Shown here: piece by piece, positions 41,830 through 57,900 of the stretch | How the letters are laid out: each line of letters starts with the position of its first letter | Numbering within the stretch: the first letter of the stretch is position 1 | DNA from: Eledone cirrhosa | Lineage: Eukaryota | Length of the DNA stretch: 64,000 nt | Direction of reading: 5' to 3' | Assembly: GCA_964016885.1 (NCBI GenBank) | Contig: OZ024740.1 | Span: forward strand, 31,992,001-32,056,000 | Made by a program: the position numbers and the translations under genes | Notes under the pieces: model-generated | What the model saw: the letters and a program-made list of their open reading frames with translations, nothing else | Told to the model about the DNA's origin: nothing | Database searches by the model: none

Positions 41830-44800
41830 GATGATAGTATAGAACATGGTTCTAAGTAATGAGAGGATGATAGTATAGAACATGGTTCTAAGTAATGAGA
41901 GGGTGATAGTATAGAACATGGTTCTGCGTAATGAGAGGGTGATAGTATAGAACATGGTTCTGTGTAATGAGAGGGGGTATAGTATAGAACATGGTTCTGT
42001 GTAATGAGAGGGTGATAGTATAGAACATGGTTCTAAGTAATGAGAGGATGATAGTATAGAACATGGTTCTAAGTAATGAGAGGGTGATAGTATAGAACAT
42101 GGTTCTGAGTAATGAGAGGGTGATAGTATAGAACATGGTTCTGTGTAACGAGAGGGTGATAGTATAGAACATGGTTCTAAGTAATGAGAGGGTGATAGTA
42201 TAGAACATGGTTCTAAGTAATGAGAGGATGATAGTATAGAACATGTTTCTAAGTAATGAGAGGATGATAGTATAGAACATGTTTCTAAGTAATGAGAGGG
42301 TGATAGTACAGAACATGGTTCTAAGTAATGAGAGGATGATAGTATAGAACATGGTTCTAAGTAATGAGAGGGTGATAGTATAGAACATGGTTCTGTGTAA
42401 TGAGAGGGTGATAGTATGGAACTAGGTTCTAAGTAATGAGAGGATGATAGTATAGAACATGGTTCTAAGTAATGAGAGGATGATAGTATAGAACATGGTT
42501 CTGAGTAATGAGAGGATGATAGTATAGAACATGGTTCTAAGTAATGAGAGGGTGATAGTATAGAACATGGTTCTGAGTAATGAGAAGGTGATAGTATAGA
42601 ACATGGTTCTGTGTAATGAGAGGGTGATAGTATAGACCATGGTTCTAAGTAATGAGAGGATGATAGTATAGAACATGGTTCTAAGTAATGAGAGGATGAT
42701 AGTATAGAACATGGTTCTGAGTAATGAGCGGATGATAGTATAGAACATGGTTCTAAGTAATGAGAGGATGATAGTATAGAACATGGTTCTGAGTAATGAG
42801 AGGGTGATAGTATAGAACATGGTTCTGTGTAATGAGAGGGTGATAGTATAGAACATGGTTCTAAGTAATGAGAGGATGATAGTATAGAACATGGTGCTGA
42901 GTAATGAGAGGGTGATAGTATAGAACATGGTTCTGAGTAATGAGAGGATGATAGTATAGAACATGGTTCTGTGTAATGAGAGGGTGATAGTATAGAACAT
43001 GGTTCTAAGTAATGAGAGGATGATAGTATAGAACATGGTTCTAAGTAATGAGAGGGTGATAGTATAGAACATGATTCTGAGTAATGAGAGGGTGATAGTA
43101 TAGAACATGGTTCTGTGTAATGAGACGGTGATAGTATAGAACATGGTTCTAAGTAATGAGAGGGTGATAGTATAGAACATGGTTCTAAGTAATGAGAGGG
43201 TGATAGTATAGAACATGGTTCTGTGTAATGAGAGGGTGATAGTATAGAACATGGTTCTAAGTAATGAGAGGATGATAGTATAGAACATGGTTCTAAGTAA
43301 TGAGAGGAAGATAGTATAGAACATGGTTCTAAGTAATGAGAGGGTGATAGTATAGAACATGGTTCTGAGTAATGAGAGGGTGATAGTATAGAACATGGTT
43401 CTGTGTAATGAGAGGGTGATAGTATAGAACATGGTTCTAAGTAATGAGAGGGTGATAGTATAGAACATGGTTCTAAGTAATGAGAGGATGATAGTATAGA
43501 ACATGTTTCTAAGTAATGAGAGGATGATAGTATAGAACATGTTTCTAAGTAATGAGAGGGTGATAGTACAGAACATGGTTCTAAGTAATGAGAGGATGAT
43601 AGTATAGAACATGGTTCTAAGTAATGAGAGGGTGATAGTATAGAACATGGTTCTGTGTAATGAGAGGGTGATAGTATGGAACTAGGTTCTAAGTAATGAG
43701 AGGATGATAGTATAGAACATGGTTCTAAGTAATGAGAGGATGATAGTATAGAACATGGTTCTGAGTAATGAGAGGATGATAGTATAGAACATGGTTCTAA
43801 GTAATGAGAGGGTGATAGTATAGAACATGGTTCTGAGTAATGAGAAGGTGATAGTATAGAACATGGTTCTGTGTAATGAGAGGGTGATAGTATAGAACAT
43901 GGTTCTAAGTAATGAGAGGATGATAGTATAGAACATGGTTCTAAGTAATGAGAGGATGATAGTATAGAACATGGTTCTGAGTAATGAGCGGATGATAGTA
44001 TAGAACATGGTTCTAAGTAATGAGAGGATGATAGTATAGAACATGGTTCTGAGTAATGAGAGGGTGATAGTATAGAACATGGTTCTGTGTAATGAGAGGG
44101 TGATAGTATAGAACATGGTTCTAAGTAATGAGAGGATGATAGTATAGAACATGGTGCTGAGTAATGAGAGGATGATAGTATAGAACATGGTGCTGAGTAA
44201 TGAGAGGGTGATAGTATAGAACATGGTTCTGAGTAATGAGAGGATGATAGTATAGAACATGGTTCTAAGTAATGAGAGGGTGATAGTATAGAACATGGTT
44301 CTAAGTAATAAGAGGGTGATAGTATAGAACATGGTTCTGAGTAATTAGAGGATGATAGTATAGAACATGGTTCTGTGTAATGAGACGGTGATAGTATAGA
44401 ACATGGTTCTAAGTAATGAGAGGGTGATAGTATAGAACATGGTTCTAAGTAATGAGAGGGTGATAGTATAGAACATGGTTCTGTGTAATGAGAGGGTGAT
44501 AGTATAGAACATGGTTCTAAGTAATGAGAGGATGATAGTATAGAACATGGTTCTAAGTAATGAGAGGATGATAGTATAGGACATGGTTCTGAGTAATGGG
44601 AGGATGATAGTTTAGAACATGGTTCTAAGTAATGAGAGGGTGATAGTATAGAACATGGTTCTGAGTAATGAGAGAGTGATAGTATAGAACATGGTTCTGA
44701 GTAATGAGAGGGTGATAGTATAGAACATGTTTCTAAGTAATGAGAGGATGATAGTATAGAACATGGTTCTAAGTAATGAGAGGATGATAGTATAGAACAT

Positions 44801-47800
44801 GGTTCTAAGTAATGAGAGGATGATAGTATAGAACATGGTTCTAAGTAATGAGAGGGTGATAGTATAGAACATGGTTCTGCGTAATGAGAGGGTGATAGTA
44901 TAGAACATGGTTCTGTGTAATGAGAGGGGGTATAGTATAGAACATGGTTCTGTGTAATGAGAGGGTGATAGTATAGAACATGGTTCTAAGTAATGAGAGG
45001 ATGATAGTATAGAACATGGTTCTAAGTAATGAGAGGGTGATAGTATAGAACATGGTTCTGAGTAATGAGAGGGTGATAGTATAGAACATGGTTCTAAGTA
45101 ATGAGAGGATGATAGTATAGAACATGTTTCTAAGTAATGAGAGGATGATAGTATAGAACATGTTTCTAAGTAATGAGAGGGTGATAGTACAGAACATGGT
45201 TCTAAGTAATGAGAGGATGATAGTATAGAACATGGTTCTAAGTAATGAGAGGGTGATAGTATAGAACATGGTTCTGTGTAATGAGAGGGTGATAGTATGG
45301 AACTAGGTTCTAAGTAATGAGAGGATGATAGTATAGAACATGGTTCTAAGTAATGAGAGGATGATAGTATAGAACATGGTTCTGAGTAATGAGAGGATGA
45401 TAGTATAGAACATGGTTCTAAGTAATGAGAGGATGATAGTATAGAACATGGTTCTAAGTAATGAGAGGATGATAGTATAGAACATGGTTCTAAGTAATGA
45501 GAGGGTGATAGTATAGAACATGGTTCTGAGTAATGAGAGGGTGATAGTATAGAACATGGTTCTGTGTAATGAGAGGGCGATAGTATAGAACATGGTTGTA
45601 AGTAATGAGAGGATGATAGTATAGAACATGGTTCTGAGTAATGAGAGGGTGATAGTATAGAACATGGTTCTGAGTAATGAGAGAGTGATAGTATAGAACA
45701 TGGTTCTGAGTAATGAGAGGGTGATAGTATAGAACATGGTTCTGAGTAATGAGAGGGTGATAGTATAGAACATGCTTCTGAGTAATGAGAGGGTGATAGT
45801 ATAGAACATGGTTCTGTGTAATGAGGGGGTGATAGTATAGAACATGGTTCTAAGTAATGAGAGGATGATAGTATAGAACATGGTTCTGAGTAATGAGAGG
45901 GTGATAGTATAGAACATGGTTCTGTGTAATGAGAGGATGATAGTATAGAACATGGTTCTAAGTAATGAGAGGATGATAGTATAGAACATGGTTCTGAGTA
46001 ATGAGAGGATGATAGTATAGAACATGGTTCTAAGTAATGAGAGGGTGATAGTATAGAACATGGTTCTGAGTAATGAGAGAGTGATAGTATAGAACATGGT
46101 TCTGAGTAATGAGAGGGTGATAGTATAGAACATGTTTCTAAGTAATGAGAGGATGATAGTATAGAACATGGTTCTAAGTAATGAGAGGATGATAGTATAG
46201 AACATGGTTCTAAGTAATGAGAGGATGATAGTATAGAACATGGTTCTAAGTAATGAGAGGGTGATAGTATAGAACATGGTTCTGCGTAATGAGAGGGTGA
46301 TAGTATAGAACATGGTTCTGTGTAATGAGAGGGGGTATAGTATAGAACATGGTTCTGTGTAATGAGAGGGTGATAGTATAGAACATGGTTCTAAGTAATG
46401 AGAGGATGATAGTATAGAACATGGTTCTAAGTAATGAGAGGGTGATAGTATAGAACATGGTTCTGAGTAATGAGAGGGTGATAGTATAGAACATGGTTCT
46501 GTGTAACGAGAGGGTGATAGTATAGAACATGGTTCTAAGTAATGAGAGGGTGATAGTATAGAACATGGTTCTAAGTAATGAGAGGATGATAGTATAGAAC
46601 ATGTTTCTAAGTAATGAGAGGATGATAGTATAGAACATGTTTCTAAGTAATGAGAGGGTGATAGTACAGAACATGGTTCTAAGTAATGAGAGGATGATAG
46701 TATAGAACATGGTTCTAAGTAATGAGAGGGTGATAGTATAGAACATGGTTCTGTGTAATGAGAGGGTGATAGTATGGAACTAGGTTCTAAGTAATGAGAG
46801 GATGATAGTATAGAACATGGTTCTAAGTAATGAGAGGATGATAGTATAGAACATGGTTCTGAGTAATGAGAGGATGATAGTATAGAACATGGTTCTAAGT
46901 AATGAGAGGGTGATAGTATAGAACATGGTTCTGAGTAATGAGAAGGTGATAGTATAGAACATGGTTCTGTGTAATGAGAGGGTGATAGTATAGACCATGG
47001 TTCTAAGTAATGAGAGGATGATAGTATAGAACATGGTTCTAAGTAATGAGAGGATGATAGTATAGAACATGGTTCTGAGTAATGAGCGGATGATAGTATA
47101 GAACATGGTTCTAAGTAATGAGAGGATGATAGTATAGAACATGGTTCTGAGTAATGAGAGGGTGATAGTATAGAACATGGTTCTGTGTAATGAGAGGGTG
47201 ATAGTATAGAACATGGTTCTAAGTAATGAGAGGATGATAGTATAGAACATGGTGCTGAGTAATGAGAGGGTGATAGTATAGAACATGGTTCTGAGTAATG
47301 AGAGGATGATAGTATAGAACATGGTTCTGTGTAATGAGAGGGTGATAGTATAGAACATGGTTCTAAGTAATGAGAGGATGATAGTATAGAACATGGTTCT
47401 AAGTAATGAGAGGGTGATAGTATAGAACATGATTCTGAGTAATGAGAGGGTGATAGTATAGAACATGGTTCTGTGTAATGAGACGGTGATAGTATAGAAC
47501 ATGGTTCTAAGTAATGAGAGGGTGATAGTATAGAACATGGTTCTAAGTAATGAGAGGGTGATAGTATAGAACATGGTTCTGTGTAATGAGAGGGTGATAG
47601 TATAGAACATGGTTCTAAGTAATGAGAGGATGATAGTATAGAACATGGTTCTAAGTAATGAGAGGAAGATAGTATAGAACATGGTTCTAAGTAATGAGAG
47701 GGTGATAGTATAGAACATGGTTCTGAGTAATGAGAGGGTGATAGTATAGAACATGGTTCTGTGTAATGAGAGGGTGATAGTATAGAACATGGTTCTAAGT

Positions 47801-49940
47801 AATGAGAGGGTGATAGTATAGAACATGGTTCTAAGTAATGAGAGGATGATAGTATAGAACATGTTTCTAAGTAATGAGAGGATGATAGTATAGAACATGT
47901 TTCTAAGTAATGAGAGGGTGATAGTACAGAACATGGTTCTAAGTAATGAGAGGATGATAGTATAGAACATGGTTCTAAGTAATGAGAGGGTGATAGTATA
48001 GAACATGGTTCTGTGTAATGAGAGGGTGATAGTATGGAACTAGGTTCTAAGTAATGAGAGGATGATAGTATAGAACATGGTTCTAAGTAATGAGAGGATG
48101 ATAGTATAGAACATGGTTCTGAGTAATGAGAGGATGATAGTATAGAACATGGTTCTAAGTAATGAGAGGGTGATAGTATAGAACATGGTTCTGAGTAATG
48201 AGAAGGTGATAGTATAGAACATGGTTCTGTGTAATGAGAGGGTGATAGTATAGAACATGGTTCTAAGTAATGAGAGGATGATAGTATAGAACATGGTTCT
48301 AAGTAATGAGAGGATGATAGTATAGAACATGGTTCTGAGTAATGAGCGGATGATAGTATAGAACATGGTTCTAAGTAATGAGAGGATGATAGTATAGAAC
48401 ATGGTTCTGAGTAATGAGAGGGTGATAGTATAGAACATGGTTCTGTGTAATGAGAGGGTGATAGTATAGAACATGGTTCTAAGTAATGAGAGGATGATAG
48501 TATAGAACATGGTGCTGAGTAATGAGAGGATGATAGTATAGAACATGGTGCTGAGTAATGAGAGGGTGATAGTATAGAACATGGTTCTGAGTAATGAGAG
48601 GATGATAGTATAGAACATGGTTCTAAGTAATGAGAGGGTGATAGTATAGAACATGGTTCTAAGTAATAAGAGGGTGATAGTATAGAACATGGTTCTGAGT
48701 AATTAGAGGATGATAGTATAGAACATGGTTCTGTGTAATGAGACGGTGATAGTATAGAACATGGTTCTAAGTAATGAGAGGGTGATAGTATAGAACATGG
48801 TTCTAAGTAATGAGAGGGTGATAGTATAGAACATGGTTCTGTGTAATGAGAGGGTGATAGTATAGAACATGGTTCTAAGTAATGAGAGGATGATAGTATA
48901 GAACATGGTTCTAAGTAATGAGAGGATGATAGTATAGGACATGGTTCTGAGTAATGGGAGGATGATAGTTTAGAACATGGTTCTAAGTAATGAGAGGGTG
49001 ATAGTATAGAACATGGTTCTGAGTAATGAGAGAGTGATAGTATAGAACATGGTTCTGAGTAATGAGAGGGTGATAGTATAGAACATGTTTCTAAGTAATG
49101 AGAGGATAATAGTATAGAACATGGTTCTAAGTAATGAGAGGATGATAGTATAGAACATGGTTCTAAGTAATGAGAGGATGATAGTATAGAACATGGTTCT
49201 AAGTAATGAGAGGGTGATAGTATAGAACATGGTTCTGCGTAATGAGAGGGTGATAGTATAGAACATGGTTCTGTGTAATGAGAGGGGGTATAGTATAGAA
49301 CATGGTTCTGTGTAATGAGAGGGTGATAGTATAGAACATGGTTCTAAGTAATGAGAGGATGATAGTATAGAACATGGTTCTAAGTAATGAGAGGGTGATA
49401 GTATAGAACATGGTTCTGAGTAATGAGAGGGTGATAGTATAGAACATGGTTCTAAGTAATGAGAGGATGATAGTATAGAACATGTTTCTAAGTAATGAGA
49501 GGATGATAGTATAGAACATGTTTCTAAGTAATGAGAGGGTGATAGTACAGAACATGGTTCTAAGTAATGAGAGGATGATAGTATAGAACATGGTTCTAAG
49601 TAATGAGAGGGTGATAGTATAGAACATGGTTCTGTGTAATGAGAGGGTGATAGTATGGAACTAGGTTCTAAGTAATGAGAGGATGATAGTATAGAACATG
49701 GTTCTAAGTAATGAGAGGATGATAGTATAGAACATGGTTCTGAGTAATGAGAGGATGATAGTATAGAACATGGTTCTAAGTAATGAGAGGATGATAGTAT
49801 AGAACATGGTTCTAAGTAATGAGAGGATGATAGTATAGAACATGGTTCTAAGTAATGAGAGGGTGATAGTATAGAACATGGTTCTGAGTAATGAGAGGGT
49901 GATAGTATAGAACATGGTTCTGTGTAATGAGAGGGTGATA
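41830..49940 (+). repeat. 4,358-bp (121-monomer) internal repeat nested in the 9,942-bp unit
   Basis: GTAACG, GACCATGG, GAGGAAGAT, GTAATTAG and TAATGGGAGG variants recur at offset 4358. ORFs 42422, 43682, 44345 and 44612 match 46780, 48040, 48703 and 48970. Confidence 0.9.
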
Positions 49941-51905
49941 GTATAGAACATGGTTCTAAGTAATGAGAGGATGATAGTATAGAACATGGTGCTGAGTAAT
50001 GAGAGGGTGATAGTATAGAACATGGTTCTGAGTAATGAGAGGATGATAGTATAGAACATGGTTCTAAGTAATGAGAGGATGATAGTATAGAACATGGTTC
50101 TGTGTAATGAGAGGGTGATAGTATAGAACATGGTTCTAAGTAATGAGAGGATGATAGTATAGAACATGGTTCTAAGTAATGAGAGGGTGATAGTATAGAA
50201 CATGGTTCTGTGTAATGAGAGGGTGATAGTATAGAACATGGTTCTGTGTAATGAGAGGGGGTATAGTATAGAACATGGTTCTGTGTAATGAGAGGGTGAT
50301 AGTATAGAACATGGTTCTAAGTAATGAGAGGATGATAGTATAGAACATGGTTCTAAGTAATGAGAGGGTGATAGTATAGAACATGTTTCTAAGTAATGAG
50401 AGGATGATAGTATAGAACATGTTTCTAAGTAATGAGAGGGTGATAGTACAGAACATGGTTCGAAGTAATGAGTGGATGATAGTATAGAACATGGTTCTGA
50501 GTAATGAGAGGGTGATAGTATAGAACATGGTTCTGTGTAATGAGAGGGTGATAGTATAGAACATGGTTCTAAGTAATGAGAGGGTGATAGTATAGAACAT
50601 GGTTCTAAGTAATGAGAGGATGATAGTATAGAACATGGTTCTGTGTAATGAGAGGGTGATAGTATAGAACATGGTTCTAAGTAATGAGAGGATGATAGTA
50701 TAGAACATGGTTCTAAGTAATGAGAGGGTGATAGTATAGAACATGGTTCTAAGTAGTGAGAGGGTGATATTATAGAACATGGTTCTGTGTAATGAGAGGG
50801 GGTATAGTATAGAACATGGTTCTGTGTAATGAGAGGGTGATAGTATAGAACATGGTTCTAAGTAATGAGAGGGTGATAGTATAGAACATGGTTCTAAGTA
50901 ATGAGAGGGTGATAGTATAGAACATGGTTCTGTGTAATGAGAGGGTGATAGTATAGAACATGGTTCTAAGTAATGAGAGGATGATAGTATAGAACATGGT
51001 TCTAAGTAATGAGAGGATGATAGTATAGGACATGGTTCTGAGTAATGAGAGGATGATAGTATAGAACATGGTTCTAAGTAATGAGAGGGTGATAGTATAG
51101 AACATGGTTCTGAGTAATGAGAGGGTGATAGTATAGAACATGGTTCTGTGTAATGAGAGGGTGATAGTATAGAACATGGTTCTAAGTAATGAGAGGATGA
51201 TAGTATAGAACATGGTTCTGAGTAATGAGAGGGTGATAGTATAGAACATGGTTCTGAGTAATGAGAGAGTGATAGTATAGAACATGGTTCTGAGTAATGA
51301 GAGGGTGATAGTATAGAACATGGTTCTGAGTAATGAGAGGGTGATAGTATAGAACATGCTTCTGAGTAATGAGAGGGTGATAGTATAGAACATGGTTCTG
51401 TGTAATGAGGGGGTGATAGTATAGAACATGGTTCTAAGTAATGAGAGGATGATAGTATAGAACATGGTTCTGAGTAATGAGAGGGTGATAGTATAGAACA
51501 TGGTTCTGTGTAATGAGAGGATGATAGTATAGAACATGGTTCTAAGTAATGAGAGGATGATAGTATAGAACATGGTTCTGAGTAATGAGAGGATGATAGT
51601 ATAGAACATGGTTCTAAGTAATGAGAGGGTGATAGTATAGAACATGGTTCTGAGTAATGAGAGAGTGATAGTATAGAACATGGTTCTGAGTAATGAGAGG
51701 GTGATAGTATACAACATGTTTCTAAGTAATGAGAGGATGATAGTATAGAACATGGTTCTAAGTAATGAGAGGATGATAGTATAGAACATGGTTCTAAGTA
51801 ATGAGAGGATGATAGTATAGAACATGGTTCTAAGTAATGAGAGGGTGATAGTATAGAACATGGTTCTGCGTAATGAGAGGGTGATAGTATAGAACATGGT
51901 TCTGT
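41964..51905 (+). repeat. 9,942-bp higher-order repeat, copy 1 (276 monomers including six 37-bp units)
   Basis: 37-bp monomer spacings are 2953, 1405, 2953, 973, 541 and 1117. ORF coordinates 41888-51897 recur exactly at +9942. Confidence 0.92.
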
Positions 51906-54900
51906 GTAATGAGAGGGGGTATAGTATAGAACATGGTTCTGTGTAATGAGAGGGTGATAGTATAGAACATGGTTCTAAGTAATGAGAGGATGATAGTATA
52001 GAACATGGTTCTAAGTAATGAGAGGGTGATAGTATAGAACATGGTTCTGAGTAATGAGAGGGTGATAGTATAGAACATGGTTCTGTGTAACGAGAGGGTG
52101 ATAGTATAGAACATGGTTCTAAGTAATGAGAGGGTGATAGTATAGAACATGGTTCTAAGTAATGAGAGGATGATAGTATAGAACATGTTTCTAAGTAATG
52201 AGAGGATGATAGTATAGAACATGTTTCTAAGTAATGAGAGGGTGATAGTACAGAACATGGTTCTAAGTAATGAGAGGATGATAGTATAGAACATGGTTCT
52301 AAGTAATGAGAGGGTGATAGTATAGAACATGGTTCTGTGTAATGAGAGGGTGATAGTATGGAACTAGGTTCTAAGTAATGAGAGGATGATAGTATAGAAC
52401 ATGGTTCTAAGTAATGAGAGGATGATAGTATAGAACATGGTTCTGAGTAATGAGAGGATGATAGTATAGAACATGGTTCTAAGTAATGAGAGGGTGATAG
52501 TATAGAACATGGTTCTGAGTAATGAGAAGGTGATAGTATAGAACATGGTTCTGTGTAATGAGAGGGTGATAGTATAGACCATGGTTCTAAGTAATGAGAG
52601 GATGATAGTATAGAACATGGTTCTAAGTAATGAGAGGATGATAGTATAGAACATGGTTCTGAGTAATGAGCGGATGATAGTATAGAACATGGTTCTAAGT
52701 AATGAGAGGATGATAGTATAGAACATGGTTCTGAGTAATGAGAGGGTGATAGTATAGAACATGGTTCTGTGTAATGAGAGGGTGATAGTATAGAACATGG
52801 TTCTAAGTAATGAGAGGATGATAGTATAGAACATGGTGCTGAGTAATGAGAGGGTGATAGTATAGAACATGGTTCTGAGTAATGAGAGGATGATAGTATA
52901 GAACATGGTTCTGTGTAATGAGAGGGTGATAGTATAGAACATGGTTCTAAGTAATGAGAGGATGATAGTATAGAACATGGTTCTAAGTAATGAGAGGGTG
53001 ATAGTATAGAACATGATTCTGAGTAATGAGAGGGTGATAGTATAGAACATGGTTCTGTGTAATGAGACGGTGATAGTATAGAACATGGTTCTAAGTAATG
53101 AGAGGGTGATAGTATAGAACATGGTTCTAAGTAATGAGAGGGTGATAGTATAGAACATGGTTCTGTGTAATGAGAGGGTGATAGTATAGAACATGGTTCT
53201 AAGTAATGAGAGGATGATAGTATAGAACATGGTTCTAAGTAATGAGAGGAAGATAGTATAGAACATGGTTCTAAGTAATGAGAGGGTGATAGTATAGAAC
53301 ATGGTTCTGAGTAATGAGAGGGTGATAGTATAGAACATGGTTCTGTGTAATGAGAGGGTGATAGTATAGAACATGGTTCTAAGTAATGAGAGGGTGATAG
53401 TATAGAACATGGTTCTAAGTAATGAGAGGATGATAGTATAGAACATGTTTCTAAGTAATGAGAGGATGATAGTATAGAACATGTTTCTAAGTAATGAGAG
53501 GGTGATAGTACAGAACATGGTTCTAAGTAATGAGAGGATGATAGTATAGAACATGGTTCTAAGTAATGAGAGGGTGATAGTATAGAACATGGTTCTGTGT
53601 AATGAGAGGGTGATAGTATGGAACTAGGTTCTAAGTAATGAGAGGATGATAGTATAGAACATGGTTCTAAGTAATGAGAGGATGATAGTATAGAACATGG
53701 TTCTGAGTAATGAGAGGATGATAGTATAGAACATGGTTCTAAGTAATGAGAGGGTGATAGTATAGAACATGGTTCTGAGTAATGAGAAGGTGATAGTATA
53801 GAACATGGTTCTGTGTAATGAGAGGGTGATAGTATAGAACATGGTTCTAAGTAATGAGAGGATGATAGTATAGAACATGGTTCTAAGTAATGAGAGGATG
53901 ATAGTATAGAACATGGTTCTGAGTAATGAGCGGATGATAGTATAGAACATGGTTCTAAGTAATGAGAGGATGATAGTATAGAACATGGTTCTGAGTAATG
54001 AGAGGGTGATAGTATAGAACATGGTTCTGTGTAATGAGAGGGTGATAGTATAGAACATGGTTCTAAGTAATGAGAGGATGATAGTATAGAACATGGTGCT
54101 GAGTAATGAGAGGATGATAGTATAGAACATGGTGCTGAGTAATGAGAGGGTGATAGTATAGAACATGGTTCTGAGTAATGAGAGGATGATAGTATAGAAC
54201 ATGGTTCTAAGTAATGAGAGGGTGATAGTATAGAACATGGTTCTAAGTAATAAGAGGGTGATAGTATAGAACATGGTTCTGAGTAATTAGAGGATGATAG
54301 TATAGAACATGGTTCTGTGTAATGAGACGGTGATAGTATAGAACATGGTTCTAAGTAATGAGAGGGTGATAGTATAGAACATGGTTCTAAGTAATGAGAG
54401 GGTGATAGTATAGAACATGGTTCTGTGTAATGAGAGGGTGATAGTATAGAACATGGTTCTAAGTAATGAGAGGATGATAGTATAGAACATGGTTCTAAGT
54501 AATGAGAGGATGATAGTATAGGACATGGTTCTGAGTAATGGGAGGATGATAGTTTAGAACATGGTTCTAAGTAATGAGAGGGTGATAGTATAGAACATGG
54601 TTCTGAGTAATGAGAGAGTGATAGTATAGAACATGGTTCTGAGTAATGAGAGGGTGATAGTATAGAACATGTTTCTAAGTAATGAGAGGATGATAGTATA
54701 GAACATGGTTCTAAGTAATGAGAGGATGATAGTATAGAACATGGTTCTAAGTAATGAGAGGATGATAGTATAGAACATGGTTCTAAGTAATGAGAGGGTG
54801 ATAGTATAGAACATGGTTCTGCGTAATGAGAGGGTGATAGTATAGAACATGGTTCTGTGTAATGAGAGGGGGTATAGTATAGAACATGGTTCTGTGTAAT

Positions 54901-57900
54901 GAGAGGGTGATAGTATAGAACATGGTTCTAAGTAATGAGAGGATGATAGTATAGAACATGGTTCTAAGTAATGAGAGGGTGATAGTATAGAACATGGTTC
55001 TGAGTAATGAGAGGGTGATAGTATAGAACATGGTTCTAAGTAATGAGAGGATGATAGTATAGAACATGTTTCTAAGTAATGAGAGGATGATAGTATAGAA
55101 CATGTTTCTAAGTAATGAGAGGGTGATAGTACAGAACATGGTTCTAAGTAATGAGAGGATGATAGTATAGAACATGGTTCTAAGTAATGAGAGGGTGATA
55201 GTATAGAACATGGTTCTGTGTAATGAGAGGGTGATAGTATGGAACTAGGTTCTAAGTAATGAGAGGATGATAGTATAGAACATGGTTCTAAGTAATGAGA
55301 GGATGATAGTATAGAACATGGTTCTGAGTAATGAGAGGATGATAGTATAGAACATGGTTCTAAGTAATGAGAGGATGATAGTATAGAACATGGTTCTAAG
55401 TAATGAGAGGATGATAGTATAGAACATGGTTCTAAGTAATGAGAGGGTGATAGTATAGAACATGGTTCTGAGTAATGAGAGGGTGATAGTATAGAACATG
55501 GTTCTGTGTAATGAGAGGGTGATAGTATAGAACATGGTTCTAAGTAATGAGAGGATGATAGTATAGAACATGGTTCTGAGTAATGAGAGGGTGATAGTAT
55601 AGAACATGGTTCTGAGTAATGAGAGAGTGATAGTATAGAACATGGTTCTGAGTAATGAGAGGGTGATAGTATAGAACATGGTTCTGAGTAATGAGAGGGT
55701 GATAGTATAGAACATGCTTCTGAGTAATGAGAGGGTGATAGTATAGAACATGGTTCTGTGTAATGAGGGGGTGATAGTATAGAACATGGTTGTAAGTAAT
55801 GAGAGGATGATAGTATAGAACATGGTTCTGAGTAATGAGAGGGTGATAGTATAGAACATGGTTCTGTGTAATGAGAGGATGATAGTATAGAACATGGTTC
55901 TAAGTAATGAGAGGATGATAGTATAGAACATGGTTCTGAGTAATGAGAGGATGATAGTATAGAACATGGTTCTAAGTAATGAGAGGGTGATAGTATAGAA
56001 CATGGTTCTGAGTAATGAGAGAGTGATAGTATAGAACATGGTTCTGAGTAATGAGAGGGTGATAGTATAGAACATGTTTCTAAGTAATGAGAGGATGATA
56101 GTATAGAACATGGTTCTAAGTAATGAGAGGATGATAGTATAGAACATGGTTCTAAGTAATGAGAGGATGATAGTATAGAACATGGTTCTAAGTAATGAGA
56201 GGGTGATAGTATAGAACATGGTTCTGCGTAATGAGAGGGTGATAGTATAGAACATGGTTCTGTGTAATGAGAGGGGGTATAGTATAGAACATGGTTCTGT
56301 GTAATGAGAGGGTGATAGTATAGAACATGGTTCTAAGTAATGAGAGGATGATAGTATAGAACATGGTTCTAAGTAATGAGAGGGTGATAGTATAGAACAT
56401 GGTTCTGAGTAATGAGAGGGTGATAGTATAGAACATGGTTCTGTGTAACGAGAGGGTGATAGTATAGAACATGGTTCTAAGTAATGAGAGGGTGATAGTA
56501 TAGAACATGGTTCTAAGTAATGAGAGGATGATAGTATAGAACATGTTTCTAAGTAATGAGAGGATGATAGTATAGAACATGTTTCTAAGTAATGAGAGGG
56601 TGATAGTACAGAACATGGTTCTAAGTAATGAGAGGATGATAGTATAGAACATGGTTCTAAGTAATGAGAGGGTGATAGTATAGAACATGGTTCTGTGTAA
56701 TGAGAGGGTGATAGTATGGAACTAGGTTCTAAGTAATGAGAGGATGATAGTATAGAACATGGTTCTAAGTAATGAGAGGATGATAGTATAGAACATGGTT
56801 CTGAGTAATGAGAGGATGATAGTATAGAACATGGTTCTAAGTAATGAGAGGGTGATAGTATAGAACATGGTTCTGAGTAATGAGAAGGTGATAGTATAGA
56901 ACATGGTTCTGTGTAATGAGAGGGTGATAGTATAGACCATGGTTCTAAGTAATGAGAGGATGATAGTATAGAACATGGTTCTAAGTAATGAGAGGATGAT
57001 AGTATAGAACATGGTTCTGAGTAATGAGCGGATGATAGTATAGAACATGGTTCTAAGTAATGAGAGGATGATAGTATAGAACATGGTTCTGAGTAATGAG
57101 AGGGTGATAGTATAGAACATGGTTCTGTGTAATGAGAGGGTGATAGTATAGAACATGGTTCTAAGTAATGAGAGGATGATAGTATAGAACATGGTGCTGA
57201 GTAATGAGAGGGTGATAGTATAGAACATGGTTCTGAGTAATGAGAGGATGATAGTATAGAACATGGTTCTGTGTAATGAGAGGGTGATAGTATAGAACAT
57301 GGTTCTAAGTAATGAGAGGATGATAGTATAGAACATGGTTCTAAGTAATGAGAGGGTGATAGTATAGAACATGATTCTGAGTAATGAGAGGGTGATAGTA
57401 TAGAACATGGTTCTGTGTAATGAGACGGTGATAGTATAGAACATGGTTCTAAGTAATGAGAGGGTGATAGTATAGAACATGGTTCTAAGTAATGAGAGGG
57501 TGATAGTATAGAACATGGTTCTGTGTAATGAGAGGGTGATAGTATAGAACATGGTTCTAAGTAATGAGAGGATGATAGTATAGAACATGGTTCTAAGTAA
57601 TGAGAGGAAGATAGTATAGAACATGGTTCTAAGTAATGAGAGGGTGATAGTATAGAACATGGTTCTGAGTAATGAGAGGGTGATAGTATAGAACATGGTT
57701 CTGTGTAATGAGAGGGTGATAGTATAGAACATGGTTCTAAGTAATGAGAGGGTGATAGTATAGAACATGGTTCTAAGTAATGAGAGGATGATAGTATAGA
57801 ACATGTTTCTAAGTAATGAGAGGATGATAGTATAGAACATGTTTCTAAGTAATGAGAGGGTGATAGTACAGAACATGGTTCTAAGTAATGAGAGGATGAT